A DNA stretch of 64,000 nt, from positions 3,286,001-3,350,000 of the forward strand of contig OZ024742.1 in NCBI GenBank assembly GCA_964016885.1, in the 5' to 3' direction. Shown here in pieces: positions 1-15,000 of the stretch. Source of the DNA: Eledone cirrhosa. Lineage: Eukaryota. The notes below the pieces were generated by a model that saw nothing but the letters and a program-made list of their open reading frames with translations, was not told the DNA's origin and ran no database searches. The position numbers and the translations under genes are program-made. Within the stretch, counting starts at the first letter, position 1; every line of letters starts with the position of its first letter.

Positions 1-3000
1 GACAACAACGTTGAAGACAACAACGTTGAAGACAACAACGTTGAAGACAACAACGTTGAAGACAACAACGTTGAAGACAACAACGTCGAAGACAACAACG
101 TTGAAAACAACATCATTGAAGACAAAAACGTTGAAGACAGCAACGTTGAAGGCAACAACGTTGAAGATAACAACGTCGAATACAACAACGTTGAAGACAA
201 TAACGTTGAAGATAGCAAAGTTGAATACAACAACGTTGAAAAGAACGACGTTGTAGATAACAACGTTGAAGACAGCTACGTTGAAGATAACAAAGTTGAA
301 GACAATAACGTTGAAGACAATAACGTTGAAGACATCAACGTTGATGACAGCAACGTTGAGGCAGCAACGTTGAAGACAACAACGTTGAAGACAACAACGT
401 TGAAGACAGCAACGTTGAAGACAGCAACGTTGAAGACAACAACGTTGAAGAAAACAACGTTGAAGACAACAACGTTGAAGACAACAACGTTGAAGACAGC
501 AACGTTGAAGACAGTAACGTTGAAGACAACAACGCTGAAGACAGCAACGTTGAAGACAACAACGTTGAAGACAGCAACGTTGAAGACAACAACGTTGAAG
601 ACAACAACGTTGAAGACAACAACGTTGAAGACATCAACGTTGAAGACAGCAACGTTGAAGACAGCAACGTTGAAGACAACAACGTTGAAGACAACAACGT
701 TGAAGACAACAACGTTGAAGACAGCAACGTTGAAGACAACAACGTTGAAAAGAACGACGTTGTAGATAACAACGTTGAAGACAGCAACGTTGAAGATAAC
801 AAAGTTGAAGACAATAACGTTCAAGACAATAACGTTGAAGACATCAACGTTGATGACAGCAACGTTGAGGCAGCAACGTTGAAGACAACAACGTTGAAGA
901 CAGCAACGTTGAAGAAAACAACGTTGAAGACAGCAACGTTGAAGACAGCAACGTTGAAGACAACAACGTTGAAGACAACAACGTTGAAGAAAACAACGTT
1001 GAAGACAACAACGTTGAAGACAACAACGTTAAAGACAACAACGTCGAAGACAACAACGTTGAAAACAACATCATTGAAGACAAAAACGTTGAAGACAGCA
1101 ACGTTGAAGGCAACAACGTTGAAGATAACAACGTTGAATACAACAACGTTGAAGACAATAACGTTGAAGATAGCAAAGTTGAATACAACAACGTTGAAAA
1201 GAACGACGTTGTAGATAACAACGTTGAAGACAGCTACGTTGAAGATAACAAAGTTGAAGACAATAACGTTGAAGACAATAACGTTGAAGACATCAACGTT
1301 GATGACAGCAACGTTGAGGCAGCAACGTTGAAGACAACAACGTTGAAGACAACAACGTTGAAGACAGCAACGTTGAAGACAACAACGTTGAAGACAACAA
1401 CGTTGAAGACAACAACGTTGAAGACAACAACGTTGAAGACAGCAACGTTGAAGACAGCAACGTTGAAGACAGCAACGTTGAAGACAACAACGTTGAAGAC
1501 AGCAACGTTGAAGACAGCAACGTTGAAGACAGCAACGTTGAAGACAGCAACGTTGAAGAAAACAACGTTGAAGACAGCAACGTTGAAGACAGCAACGTTG
1601 AAGACAACAACGTTGAAGACAGTAACGTTTAAGACAACAACGTTGAAGAAAGCAACGTTGAAGACAACAACGTTGAAGACAGCAACGTTGAAGACAGTAA
1701 CGTTGAAGACAACAACGCTGAAGACAGCAACGTTGAAGACAACACCGTTGAAGACAGCAACGTTGAAGACAACAACGTTGAAGACAACACCGTTGAAGAC
1801 AGCAACGTTGAAGACAACAACGTTGAAGACAAAAACGTTGAAGACAACAACGTTGAAGACAACAATGTTGAAGACAGCAACGTTGAAGACAGCAACGTTG
1901 AAGACAACAACGTTGAAGACAACAACGTTGAAGACAACAGCGTTGAAGACAATAACGTTGAAGACAAAAATGTTGAAGACAGCAACGTTGAAGACAACAA
2001 CGTTGAAAAGAACGACGTTGTAGATAACAACGTTGAAGACAGCAACGTTGAAGATAACAAAGTTGAAGACAATAACGTTGAAAACAATAACGTTGAAGAC
2101 ATCAACGTTGATGACAGCAACGTTGAGGCAGCAACGTTGAAGACAACAACGTTGAAGACAACGACGTTGAAGACAACAACGTTGAAGACAGCAACGTTGA
2201 AGACAGCAACGTTGAAGACAACAACGTTGAAGACAGCAACGTTGAAGACAACAACGTTGAAGACAACAACGTTGAAGACAGCAACGTTGAAGACAGCAAC
2301 GTTGAAGACAACAACGTTGAAGACAGCAACGTTGAAGACAGCAACGTTGAAGACAGCAACGTTGAAGACAACAACGTTGAAGACAGCAACGTTGAAGACA
2401 GCAACGTTGAAGACAGCAACGTTGAAGACAACAACGTTGAAGACAGCAACGTTGAAGACAGCAACGTTGAAGACAACAACGTTGAAGACAGCAACGTTGA
2501 AGACAGCAACGTTGAAGACAGCAACGTTGAAGACAACAACGTTGAAGACAACAACGTTGAAGACAACAACGTTGAAGACAGCAACGTTGAAGACAGCAAC
2601 GTTGAAGACAGCAACGTTGAAGACAACAACGTTGAAGACAGCAACGTTGAAGACAACAACGTTGAAGACAGCAACGTTGAAGACAGCAACGTTGAAGACA
2701 GCAACGTTGATGACAGCAACGTTGAAGACAACAACGTTGAAGACAACAACGTTGAAGACAGTAACGTTTAAGACAGCAACGTTGAAGAAAGCAACGTTGA
2801 AGACAACAACGTTGAAGACAGCAACGTTAAAGACAGTAACCTTGAAGACAACAACGCTGAAGACAGCAACGTTGAAGACAACAACGTTGAAGACAGCGAC
2901 GTTGAAGACAACAACGTTGAAGACAACAACGTTGAAGACAACAACGTTGAAGACAACAACGTTGAAGACAACAACGTTGAAGACAGCAACGTTGAAGACA

Positions 3001-6000
3001 GCAACGTTGAAGACAACAACGTTGAAGACAACAACGTTGAAGACAACAACGTTGAAGACAGCAACGTTGAAGACAACAACGTTGAAAAGAACGACGTTGT
3101 ATATAACAACGTTGAAGACAGCAACGTTGAAGATAACAAAGTTGAAGACAATAACGTTGAAGACAATAACGTTGAAGACATCAACGTTGATGACAGCAAC
3201 GTTGAGGCAGCAACGTTGAAGACAACAACGTTGAAGACAACAACGTTAAAGACAGCAACGTTGAAGACAACAACGTTGAAGACAACAACGTTGAAGACAA
3301 CAACGTCGAAGACAACAACGTTGAAAACAACATCATTGAAGATAACAACGTTGAATACAACAACGTTGAAGACAATAACGTTGAAGATAGCAAAGTTGAA
3401 TACAACAACGTTGAAAAGAACGACGTTGTAGATGACAACGTTGAAGACAGCTACGTTGAAGATAACAAAGTTGAAGACAATAACGTTGAAGACAATAACG
3501 TTGAAGACATCAACGTTGATGACAGCAACGTTGAGGCAGCAACGTTGAAGACAACAACGTTGAAGACAGCAACGTTGAAGACAGCAATGTTGAAGACATC
3601 AACGTTGAAGACAGCAACGTTGAAGACAACAACGTTGAAGACAGCAACGTTGAAGACAACAACGTTGAAGACAGCAACGTTGAAGACAACAACGTTTAAG
3701 ACAGCAACGTTTAAGACAGCAACGTTGAAGACAGCAACGTTGAAGACAACAACGTTGAAGACAGCAACGTTGAAGACAGCAACGTTGAAGACAACAACGT
3801 TGAAGACAGCAACGTTGAAGACAACAACGTTGAAGAAAACAACGTTGAAGACAACAACGTTGAAGACAACAACGTTGAAGACAGCAACGTTGAAGACAGC
3901 AACGTTGAAGACAACAACGTTGAAGACAACAACGTTGAAGACAACAACGTCGAAGACAACAACGTTGAAAACAACATCATTGAAGACAAAAACGTTGAAG
4001 ACAGCAACGTTGAAGGCAACAACGTTGAAGATAACAACGTTGAATACTACAACGTTGAAGACAATAACGTTGAAGATAGCAAAGTTGAATACAACAACGT
4101 TGAAAAGAACGACGTTGTAGATAACAACGTTGAAGACAGCAACGTTGAAGATAACAAAGTTGAAGACAATAACGTTGAAGACAATAACGTTGAAGACATC
4201 AACGTTGATGACAGCAACGTTGAGGCAGCAACGTTGAAGACAACAACGTTGAAGACAACAACGTTGAAGACAGCAACGTTGAAGACAGCAACGTTGAAAA
4301 CAGCAACGTTGAAGACAACAACGTTGAAGACAGCAACGTTGAAGACAACAACGTTGAAGACAACAACTTTGAAGACAGCAACGTTGAAGACAGCAACGTT
4401 GAAGACAGCAACGTTGAAGACAACAACGTTGAAGACAGCAACGTTGAAGACAGCAACGTTGAAGACAGCAACGTTGAAGACAGCAACGTTTAAGACAGCA
4501 ACGTTGAAGACAGCAACGTTGAAGACAACAACGTTGAAGACAGCAACGTTGAAGACAGCAACGTTGAAGACAATAACGTTGAAGACAGCAACGTTGAAGA
4601 CAGCAACGTTGAAGACAGCAACGTTGAAGACAACAACGTTGAAGACAACAACGTTGAAGACAACAACGTTGAAGACAGCAACGTTGAAGACAGCAACGTT
4701 GAAGACAGCAACGTTGAAGACAACAACGTTGAAGACAGCAACGTTGAAGACAACAACGTTGAAGACAACAACGTTGAAGAAAACAACGTTGAAGACAGCA
4801 ACGTTGAAGACAGCAACGTTGAAGACAACAACGTTGAAGACAACAACGTTGAAGACAACAACGTTGAAGACAGCAACGTTGAAGACAGCAACGTTGAAGA
4901 CAACAACGTTATAGACAACAACGTTGAAGACAGCAACGTTGAAGAAAACAACGTTGAAGACAACAACGTTGAAGACAGCAACGTTGAAGAAAACAACGTT
5001 GAAGACAACAACGTTGAAGACAGCAACGTTGAAGACAGCAACGTTGAAGACAACAACGTTGAAGACAACAACGTTGAAGAAAACAACGTTGAAGACAGCA
5101 ACGTTGAAGACAGCAACGTTGAAAAAAACAACGTTGAAGACAACAACGTTGAAGACAGCAACGTTGAAGACAACAACGTTGAAGACAATAACGTTGAAGA
5201 CAACAACGTTGAAGACAGCAACGTTGAAGAAAACAACGTTGAAGACAGCAACGTTGAAGACAGCAACGTTGAAGACAACAACGTTGAAGACAACAACGTT
5301 GAAGAAAACAACGTTGAAGACAGCAACGTTGAAGACAACAACGTTGAAGACAGCAACGTTGAAGACAACAACGTTGAAGACAGCAACGTTTAAGATAGCA
5401 ACGTTGAAGACAACAACGTTGAAGACAGCAACATTGAAGACAGCAACGTTGAAGACAACAACGTTGAAGACAGCAACGTTGAAGACAGCAACGTTGAAGA
5501 CAGCAACGTTGAAGACAACAACGTTGAAGACAGCAACGTTTAAGACAGCAACGTTGAAGACAGCAACGTTGAAGACAACAACGTTGAAGACAGCAACGTT
5601 GAAGACAGCAACGTTGAAGACAACAACGTTGAAGACAGCAACGTTGAAGACAACAACGTTGAAGACAACAACTTTGAAGACAGCAACGTTGAAGACAGCA
5701 ACGTTGAAGACAGCAACGTTGAAGACAACAACGTTGAAGACAGCAACGTTGAAGACAGCAACGTTGAAGACAACAACGTTGAAGACAGCAACGTTGAAGA
5801 CAGCAACGTTGAAGACAGCAACGTTGAAGACAACAACGTTGAAGACAGCAACGTTGAAGACAGCAACGTTGAAGACAGCAACGTTGAAGACAGCAACGTT
5901 GAAGACAACAACGTTGAAGACAGCAACGTTGAAGACAGCAACGTTTAAGATAGCAACGTTGAAGACAGCAACGTTGAAGACAACAACGTTGAAGACAGCA

Positions 6001-9000
6001 ACGTTGAAGACAGCAACGTTGAAGACAACAACGTTGAAGACAGCAACGTTGAAGACAGCAACGTTGAAGACAGCAACGTTGAAGACAACAACGTTGAAGA
6101 CAACAACGTTGAAGACAACAACGTTGAAGACAGTAACGTTTAAGACAGCAACGTTGAAGAAAGCAACGTTGAAGACAACAACGTTGAAGACAGCAACGTT
6201 GAAGACAGTAACGTTGAAGACAACAACGCTGAAGACAGCAACGTTGAAGACAACAACGTTGAAGACAGCAACGTTGAAGACAACAACGTTGAAGACAACA
6301 ACGTTGAAGACAACAACGTTGAAGACAACAACGTTGAAGACAGCAACGTTGAAGACAGCAACGTTGAAGACAACAACGTTGAAGACAACAACGTTGAAGA
6401 CAACAACGTTGAAGACAGCAACGTTGAAGACAACAACGTTGAAGACAGCAACGTTGAAGAAAACAACGTTGAAGACAGCAACGTTGAAGACAACAACGTT
6501 GAAGACAACAACGTTGAAGACAACAACGTTGAAGACAACAACGTTGAAGACAACAACGTTGAAGACAACAACGTCGAAGACAACAACGTTGAAAACAACA
6601 TCATTGAAGACAAAAACGTTGAAGACAGCAACGTTGAAGGCAACAACGTTGAAGATAACAACGTCGAATACAACAACGTTGAAGACAATAACGTTGAAGA
6701 TAGCAAAGTTGAATACAACAACGTTGAAAAGAACGACGTTGTAGATAACAACGTTGAAGACAGCTACGTTGAAGATAACAAAGTTGAAGACAATAACGTT
6801 GAAGACAATAACGTTGAAGACATCAACGTTGATGACAGCAACGTTGAGGCAGCAACGTTGAAGACAACAACGTTGAAGACAACAACGTTGAAGACAGCAA
6901 CGTTGAAGACAGCAACGTTGAAGACAACAACGTTGAAGAAAACAACGTTGAAGACAACAACGTTGAAGACAACAACGTTGAAGACAGCAACGTTGAAGAC
7001 AGTAACGTTGAAGACAACAACGCTGAAGACAGCAACGTTGAAGACAACAACGTTGAAGACAGCAACGTTGAAGACAACAACGTTGAAGACAACAACGTTG
7101 AAGACAACAACGTTGAAGACATCAACGTTGAAGACAGCAACGTTGAAGACAGCAACGTTGAAGACAACAACGTTGAAGACAACAACGTTGAAGACAACAA
7201 CGTTGAAGACAGCAACGTTGAAGACAACAACGTTGAAAAGAACGACGTTGTAGATAACAACGTTGAAGACAGCAACGTTGAAGATAACAAAGTTGAAGAC
7301 AATAACGTTCAAGACAATAACGTTGAAGACATCAACGTTGATGACAGCAACGTTGAGGCAGCAACGTTGAAGACAACAACGTTGAAGACAGCAACGTTGA
7401 AGAAAACAACGTTGAAGACAGCAACGTTGAAGACAGCAACGTTGAAGACAACAACGTTGAAGACAACAACGTTGAAGAAAACAACGTTGAAGACAACAAC
7501 GTTGAAGACAACAACGTTAAAGACAACAACGTCGAAGACAACAACGTTGAAAACAACATCATTGAAGACAAAAACGTTGAAGACAGCAACGTTGAAGGCA
7601 ACAACGTTGAAGATAACAACGTTGAATACAACAACGTTGAAGACAATAACGTTGAAGATAGCAAAGTTGAATACAACAACGTTGAAAAGAACGACGTTGT
7701 AGATAACAACGTTGAAGACAGCTACGTTGAAGATAACAAAGTTGAAGACAATAACGTTGAAGACAATAACGTTGAAGACATCAACGTTGATGACAGCAAC
7801 GTTGAGGCAGCAACGTTGAAGACAACAACGTTGAAGACAACAACGTTGAAGACAGCAACGTTGAAGACAACAACGTTGAAGACAACAACGTTGAAGACAA
7901 CAACGTTGAAGACAACAACGTTGAAGACAGCAACGTTGAAGACAGCAACGTTGAAGACAGCAACGTTGAAGACAACAACGTTGAAGACAGCAACGTTGAA
8001 GACAGCAACGTTGAAGACAGCAACGTTGAAGACAGCAACGTTGAAGAAAACAACGTTGAAGACAGCAACGTTGAAGACAGCAACGTTGAAGACAACAACG
8101 TTGAAGACAGTAACGTTTAAGACAACAACGTTGAAGAAAGCAACGTTGAAGACAACAACGTTGAAGACAGCAACGTTGAAGACAGTAACGTTGAAGACAA
8201 CAACGCTGAAGACAGCAACGTTGAAGACAACACCGTTGAAGACAGCAACGTTGAAGACAACAACGTTGAAGACAACACCGTTGAAGACAGCAACGTTGAA
8301 GACAACAACGTTGAAGACAAAAACGTTGAAGACAACAACGTTGAAGACAACAATGTTGAAGACAGCAACGTTGAAGACAGCAACGTTGAAGACAACAACG
8401 TTGAAAAGAACGACGTTGTAGATAACAACGTTGAAGACAGCAACGTTGAAGATAACAAAGTTGAAGACAATAACGTTGAAAACAATAACGTTGAAGACAT
8501 CAACGTTGATGACAGCAACGTTGAGGCAGCAACGTTGAAGACAACAACGTTGAAGACAACGACGTTGAAGACAACAACGTTGAAGACAGCAACGTTGAAG
8601 ACAGCAACGTTGAAGACAACAACGTTGAAGACAGCAACGTTGAAGACAACAACGTTGAAGACAACAACGTTGAAGACAGCAACGTTGAAGACAGCAACGT
8701 TGAAGACAGCAACGTTGAAGACAGCAACGTTGAAGACAGCAACGTTGAAGACAACAACGTTGAAGACAGCAACGTTGAAGACAGCGACGTTGAAGACAGC
8801 AACGTTGAAGACAACAACGTTGAAGACAGCAACGTTGAAGACAGCAACGTTGAAGACAACAACGTTGAAGACAGCAACGTTGAAGACAGCAACGTTGAAG
8901 ACAGCAACGTTGAAGACAACAACGTTGAAGACAACAACGTTGAAGACAACAACGTTGAAGACAGCAACGTTGAAGACAGCAACGTTGAAGACAGCAACGT

Positions 9001-12000
9001 TGAAGACAACAACGTTGAAGACAGCAACGTTGAAGACAACAACGTTGAAGACAGCAACGTTGAAGACAGCAACGTTGAAGACAGCAACGTTGATGACAGC
9101 AACGTTGAAGACAACAACGTTGAAGACAACAACGTTGAAGACAGTAACGTTTAAGACAGCAACGTTGAAGAAAGCAACGTTGAAGACAACAACGTTGAAG
9201 ACAGCAACGTTAAAGACAGTAACCTTGAAGACAACAACGCTGAAGACAGCAACGTTGAAGACAACAACGTTGAAGACAGCGACGTTGAAGACAACAACGT
9301 TGAAGACAACAACGTTGAAGACAACAACGTTGAAGACAACAACGTTGAAGACAACAACGTTGAAGACAGCAACGTTGAAGACAGCAACGTTGAAGACAAC
9401 AACGTTGAAGACAACAACGTTGAAGACAACAACGTTGAAGACAGCAACGTTGAAGACAACAACGTTGAAAAGAACGACGTTGTATATAACAACGTTGAAG
9501 ACAGCAACGTTGAAGATAACAAAGTTGAAGACAATAACGTTGAAGACAATAACGTTGAAGACATCAACGTTGATGACAGCAACGTTGAGGCAGCAACGTT
9601 GAAGACAACAACGTTGAAGACAACAACGTTAAAGACAGCAACGTTGAAGACAACAACGTTGAAGACAACAACGTTGAAGACAACAACGTCGAAGACAACA
9701 ACGTTGAAAACAACATCATTGAAGATAACAACGTTGAATACAACAACGTTGAAGACAATAACGTTGAAGATAGCAAAGTTGAATACAACAACGTTGAAAA
9801 GAACGACGTTGTAGATGACAACGTTGAAGACAGCTACGTTGAAGATAACAAAGTTGAAGACAATAACGTTGAAGACAATAACGTTGAAGACATCAACGTT
9901 GATGACAGCAACGTTGAGGCAGCAACGTTGAAGACAACAACGTTGAAGACAGCAACGTTGAAGACAGCAATGTTGAAGACATCAACGTTGAAGACAGCAA
10001 CGTTGAAGACAACAACGTTGAAGACAGCAACGTTGAAGACAACAACGTTGAAGACAGCAACGTTGAAGACAACAACGTTTAAGACAGCAACGTTTAAGAC
10101 AGCAACGTTGAAGACAGCAACGTTGAAGACAACAACGTTGAAGACAGCAACGTTGAAGACAGCAACGTTGAAGACAACAACGTTGAAGACAGCAACGTTG
10201 AAGACAACAACGTTGAAGAAAACAACGTTGAAGACAACAACGTTGAAGACAACAACGTTGAAGACAGCAACGTTGAAGACAGCAACGTTGAAGACAACAA
10301 CGTTGAAGACAACAACGTTGAAGACAACAACGTCGAAGACAACAACGTTGAAAACAACATCATTGAAGACAAAAACGTTGAAGACAGCAACGTTGAAGGC
10401 AACAACGTTGAAGATAACAACGTTGAATACTACAACGTTGAAGACAATAACGTTGAAGATAGCAAAGTTGAATACAACAACGTTGAAAAGAACGACGTTG
10501 TAGATAACAACGTTGAAGACAGCAACGTTGAAGATAACAAAGTTGAAGACAATAACGTTGAAGACAATAACGTTGAAGACATCAACGTTGATGACAGCAA
10601 CGTTGAGGCAGCAACGTTGAAGACAACAACGTTGAAGACAACAACGTTGAAGACAGCAACGTTGAAGACAGCAACGTTGAAAACAGCAACGTTGAAGACA
10701 ACAACGTTGAAGACAGCAACGTTGAAGACAACAACGTTGAAGACAACAACTTTGAAGACAGCAACGTTGAAGACAGCAACGTTGAAGACAGCAACGTTGA
10801 AGACAACAACGTTGAAGACAGCAACGTTGAAGACAGCAACGTTGAAGACAGCAACGTTGAAGACAGCAACGTTTAAGACAGCAACGTTGAAGACAGCAAC
10901 GTTGAAGACAACAACGTTGAAGACAGCAACGTTGAAGACAGCAACGTTGAAGACAATAACGTTGAAGACAGCAACGTTGAAGACAGCAACGTTGAAGACA
11001 GCAACGTTGAAGACAACAACGTTGAAGACAACAACGTTGAAGACAACAACGTTGAAGACAGCAACGTTGAAGACAGCAACGTTGAAGACAGCAACGTTGA
11101 AGACAACAACGTTGAAGACAGCAACGTTGAAGACAACAACGTTGAAGACAACAACGTTGAAGAAAACAACGTTGAAGACAGCAACGTTGAAGACAGCAAC
11201 GTTGAAGACAACAACGTTGAAGACAACAACGTTGAAGACAACAACGTTGAAGACAGCAACGTTGAAGACAGCAACGTTGAAGACAACAACGTTATAGACA
11301 ACAACGTTGAAGACAGCAACGTTGAAGAAAACAACGTTGAAGACAACAACGTTGAAGACAGCAACGTTGAAGAAAACAACGTTGAAGACAACAACGTTGA
11401 AGACAGCAACGTTGAAGACAGCAACGTTGAAGACAACAACGTTGAAGACAACAACGTTGAAGAAAACAACGTTGAAGACAGCAACGTTGAAGACAGCAAC
11501 GTTGAAAAAAACAACGTTGAAGACAACAACGTTGAAGACAGCAACGTTGAAGACAACAACGTTGAAGACAATAACGTTGAAGACAACAACGTTGAAGACA
11601 GCAACGTTGAAGAAAACAACGTTGAAGACAGCAACGTTGAAGACAGCAACGTTGAAGACAACAACGTTGAAGACAACAACGTTGAAGAAAACAACGTTGA
11701 AGACAGCAACGTTGAAGACAACAACGTTGAAGACAGCAACGTTGAAGACAACAACGTTGAAGACAGCAACGTTTAAGATAGCAACGTTGAAGACAACAAC
11801 GTTGAAGACAGCAACATTGAAGACAGCAACGTTGAAGACAACAACGTTGAAGACAGCAACGTTGAAGACAGCAACGTTGAAGACAGCAACGTTGAAGACA
11901 ACAACGTTGAAGACAGCAACGTTTAAGACAGCAACGTTGAAGACAGCAACGTTGAAGACAACAACGTTGAAGACAGCAACGTTGAAGACAGCAACGTTGA

Positions 12001-15000
12001 AGACAACAACGTTGAAGACAGCAACGTTGAAGACAACAACGTTGAAGACAACAACTTTGAAGACAGCAACGTTGAAGACAGCAACGTTGAAGACAGCAAC
12101 GTTGAAGACAACAACGTTGAAGACAGCAACGTTGAAGACAGCAACGTTGAAGACAGCAACGTTGAAGACAGCAACGTTGAAGACAACAACGTTGAAGACA
12201 GTAACGTTTAAGACAGCAACGTTGAAGAAAGCAACGTTGAAGACAACAACGTTGAAGACAACAACGTTGAAGACAGCAACGTTGAAGACAGTAACGTTGA
12301 AGACAACAACGCTGAAGACAGCAACGTTGAAGAAAACAACGTTGAAGACAACAACGTTGAGGACAACAACGTTGAAGACAACAACGTTGAAGACAGCAAC
12401 GTTGAAGACAGCAACGTTGAAGACAACAACGTTGAAGACAACAACATTGAAGACAACAACGTTGAAGACAGCAACGTTGAAGACAACAACGTTGAAGACA
12501 ACAACGTTGAAGACAGCAACGTTGAAGACAGCAACGTTGAAGACAGCAACGTTGAAGACAACAACGTTGAAGACAGCAACGTTGAAGACGGCAACGTTGA
12601 AGACAGCAACGTTGAAGACAGCAACGTTGAAGACAACAACGTTGAAGACAGCAACGTTGAAGACTGCAACGTTTAAGATAGCAACGTTGAAGACAGCAAC
12701 GTTGAAGACAACAACGTTGAAGACAGCAACGTTGAAGACAGCAACGTTGAAGACAACAACGTTGAAGACAGCAACGTTGAAGACAGCAACGTTGAAGACA
12801 GCAACGTTGAAGACAACAACGTTGAAGACAACAACGTTGAAGACAACAACGTTGAAGACAGTAACGTTTAAGACAGCAACGTTGAAGAAAGCAACGTTGA
12901 AGACAACAACGTTGAAGACAGCAACGTTGAAGACAGTAACGTTGAAGACAACAACGCTGAAGACAGCAACGTTGAAGAGAACAACGTTGAAGACAGCAAC
13001 GTTGAAGACAACAACGTTGAAGACAACAACGTTGAAGACAACAACGTTGAAGACAACAACGTTGAAGACAGCAACGTTGAAGACAGCAACGTTGAAGACA
13101 ACAACGTTGAAGACAACAACGTTGAAGACAACAACGTTGAAGACAGCAACGTTGAAGACAACAACGTTGAAAAGAACGACGTTGTAGATAACAACGTTGA
13201 AGACAGCAACGTTGAAGATAACAAAGTTGAAGACAATAACGTTGAAGATAATAACGTTGAAGACATCAACGTTGATGACAGCAACGTTGAGGCAGCAACT
13301 TTGAAGACAACAACGTTGAAGACAGCAACGTTGAAGAAAACAACGTTGAAGACAGCAACGTTGAAGACAACAACGTTGAAGACAACAACGTTGAAGACAA
13401 CAACGTTGAAGACAACAACGTTGAAGACAACAACGTTGAAGACAACAACGTTGAAGACAACAACGTTGAAGACAACAACGTTGAAGACAACAACGTTGAA
13501 GACAACAACGTCGAAGACAACAACGTTGAAAACAACATCATTGAAGACAAAAACGTTGAAGACAGCAACGTTGAAGGCAACAACGTTGAAGATAACAACG
13601 TTGAAAAGAACGACGTTGTAGATAACAACGTTGAAGACAGCTACGTTGAAGATAACAAAGTTGAAGACAATAACGTTGAAGACAATAACGTTGAAGACAT
13701 CAACGTTGATGACAGCAACGTTGAGGCAGCAACGTTGAAGACAACAACGTTGAAGACAACAACGTTGAAGACAGCAACGTTGAAGACAGCAACGTTGAAG
13801 ACAACAACGTTGAAGAAAACAACGTTGAAGACAACAACGTTGAAGACAACATCGTTGAAGACAGCAACGTTGAAGACAGTAACGTTGAAGACAACAACGC
13901 TGAAGACAGCAACGTTGAAGACAACAACGTTGAAGACAGCAACGTTGAAGACAACAACGTTGAAGACAACAACGTTGAAGACAACAACGTTGAAGACATC
14001 AACGTTGAAGACAGCAACGTTGAAGACAGCAACGTTGAAGACAACAACGTTGAAGACAACAACGTTGAAGACAGCAACGTTGAAGATAACAAAGTTGAAG
14101 ACAATAACGTTGAAGACAATAACGTTGAAGACATCAACGTTGATGACAGCAACGTTGAGGCAGCAACGTTGAAGACAACAACGTTGAAGACAGCAACGTT
14201 GAAGAAAACAACGTTGAAGACAGCAACGTTGAAGACAGCAACGTTGAAGACAACAACGTTGAAGACAACAACGTTGAAGAAAACAACGTTGAAGACAACA
14301 ACGTTGAAGACAACAACGTTGAAGACAACAACGTCGAAGACAACAACGTTGAAAACAACATCATTGAAGACAAAAACGTTGAAGACAGCAACGTTGAAGG
14401 CAACAACGTTGAAGATAACAACGTTGAATACAACAACGTTGAAGACAATAACGTTGAAGATAGCAAAGTTGAATACAACAACGTTGAAAAGAACGACGTT
14501 GTAGATAACAACGTTGAAGACAGCTACGTTGAAGATAACAAAGTTGAAGACAATAACGTTGAAGACAATAACGTTGAAGACATCAACGTTGATGACAGCA
14601 ACGTTGAGGCAGCAACGTTGAAGACAACAACGTTGAAGACAACAACGTTGAAGACAGCAACGTTGAAGACAGCAACGTTGAAGACAGCAACGTTGAAGAC
14701 AACAACGTTGAAGACAGCAACGTTGAAGACAACAACGTTGAAGACAACAACGTTGAAGACAGCAACGTTGAAGACAGCAACGTTGAAGACAGCAACGTTG
14801 AAGACAACAACGTTGAAGACAGCAACGTTGAAGACAGCAACGTTGAAGACAGCAACGTTGAAGACAGCAACGTTGAAGAAAACAACGTTGAAGACAGCAA
14901 CGTTGAAGACAGCAACGTTGAAGACAACAACGTTGAAGACAGTAACGTTTAAGACAACAACGTTGAAGAAAGCAACGTTGAAGACAACAACGTTGAAGAC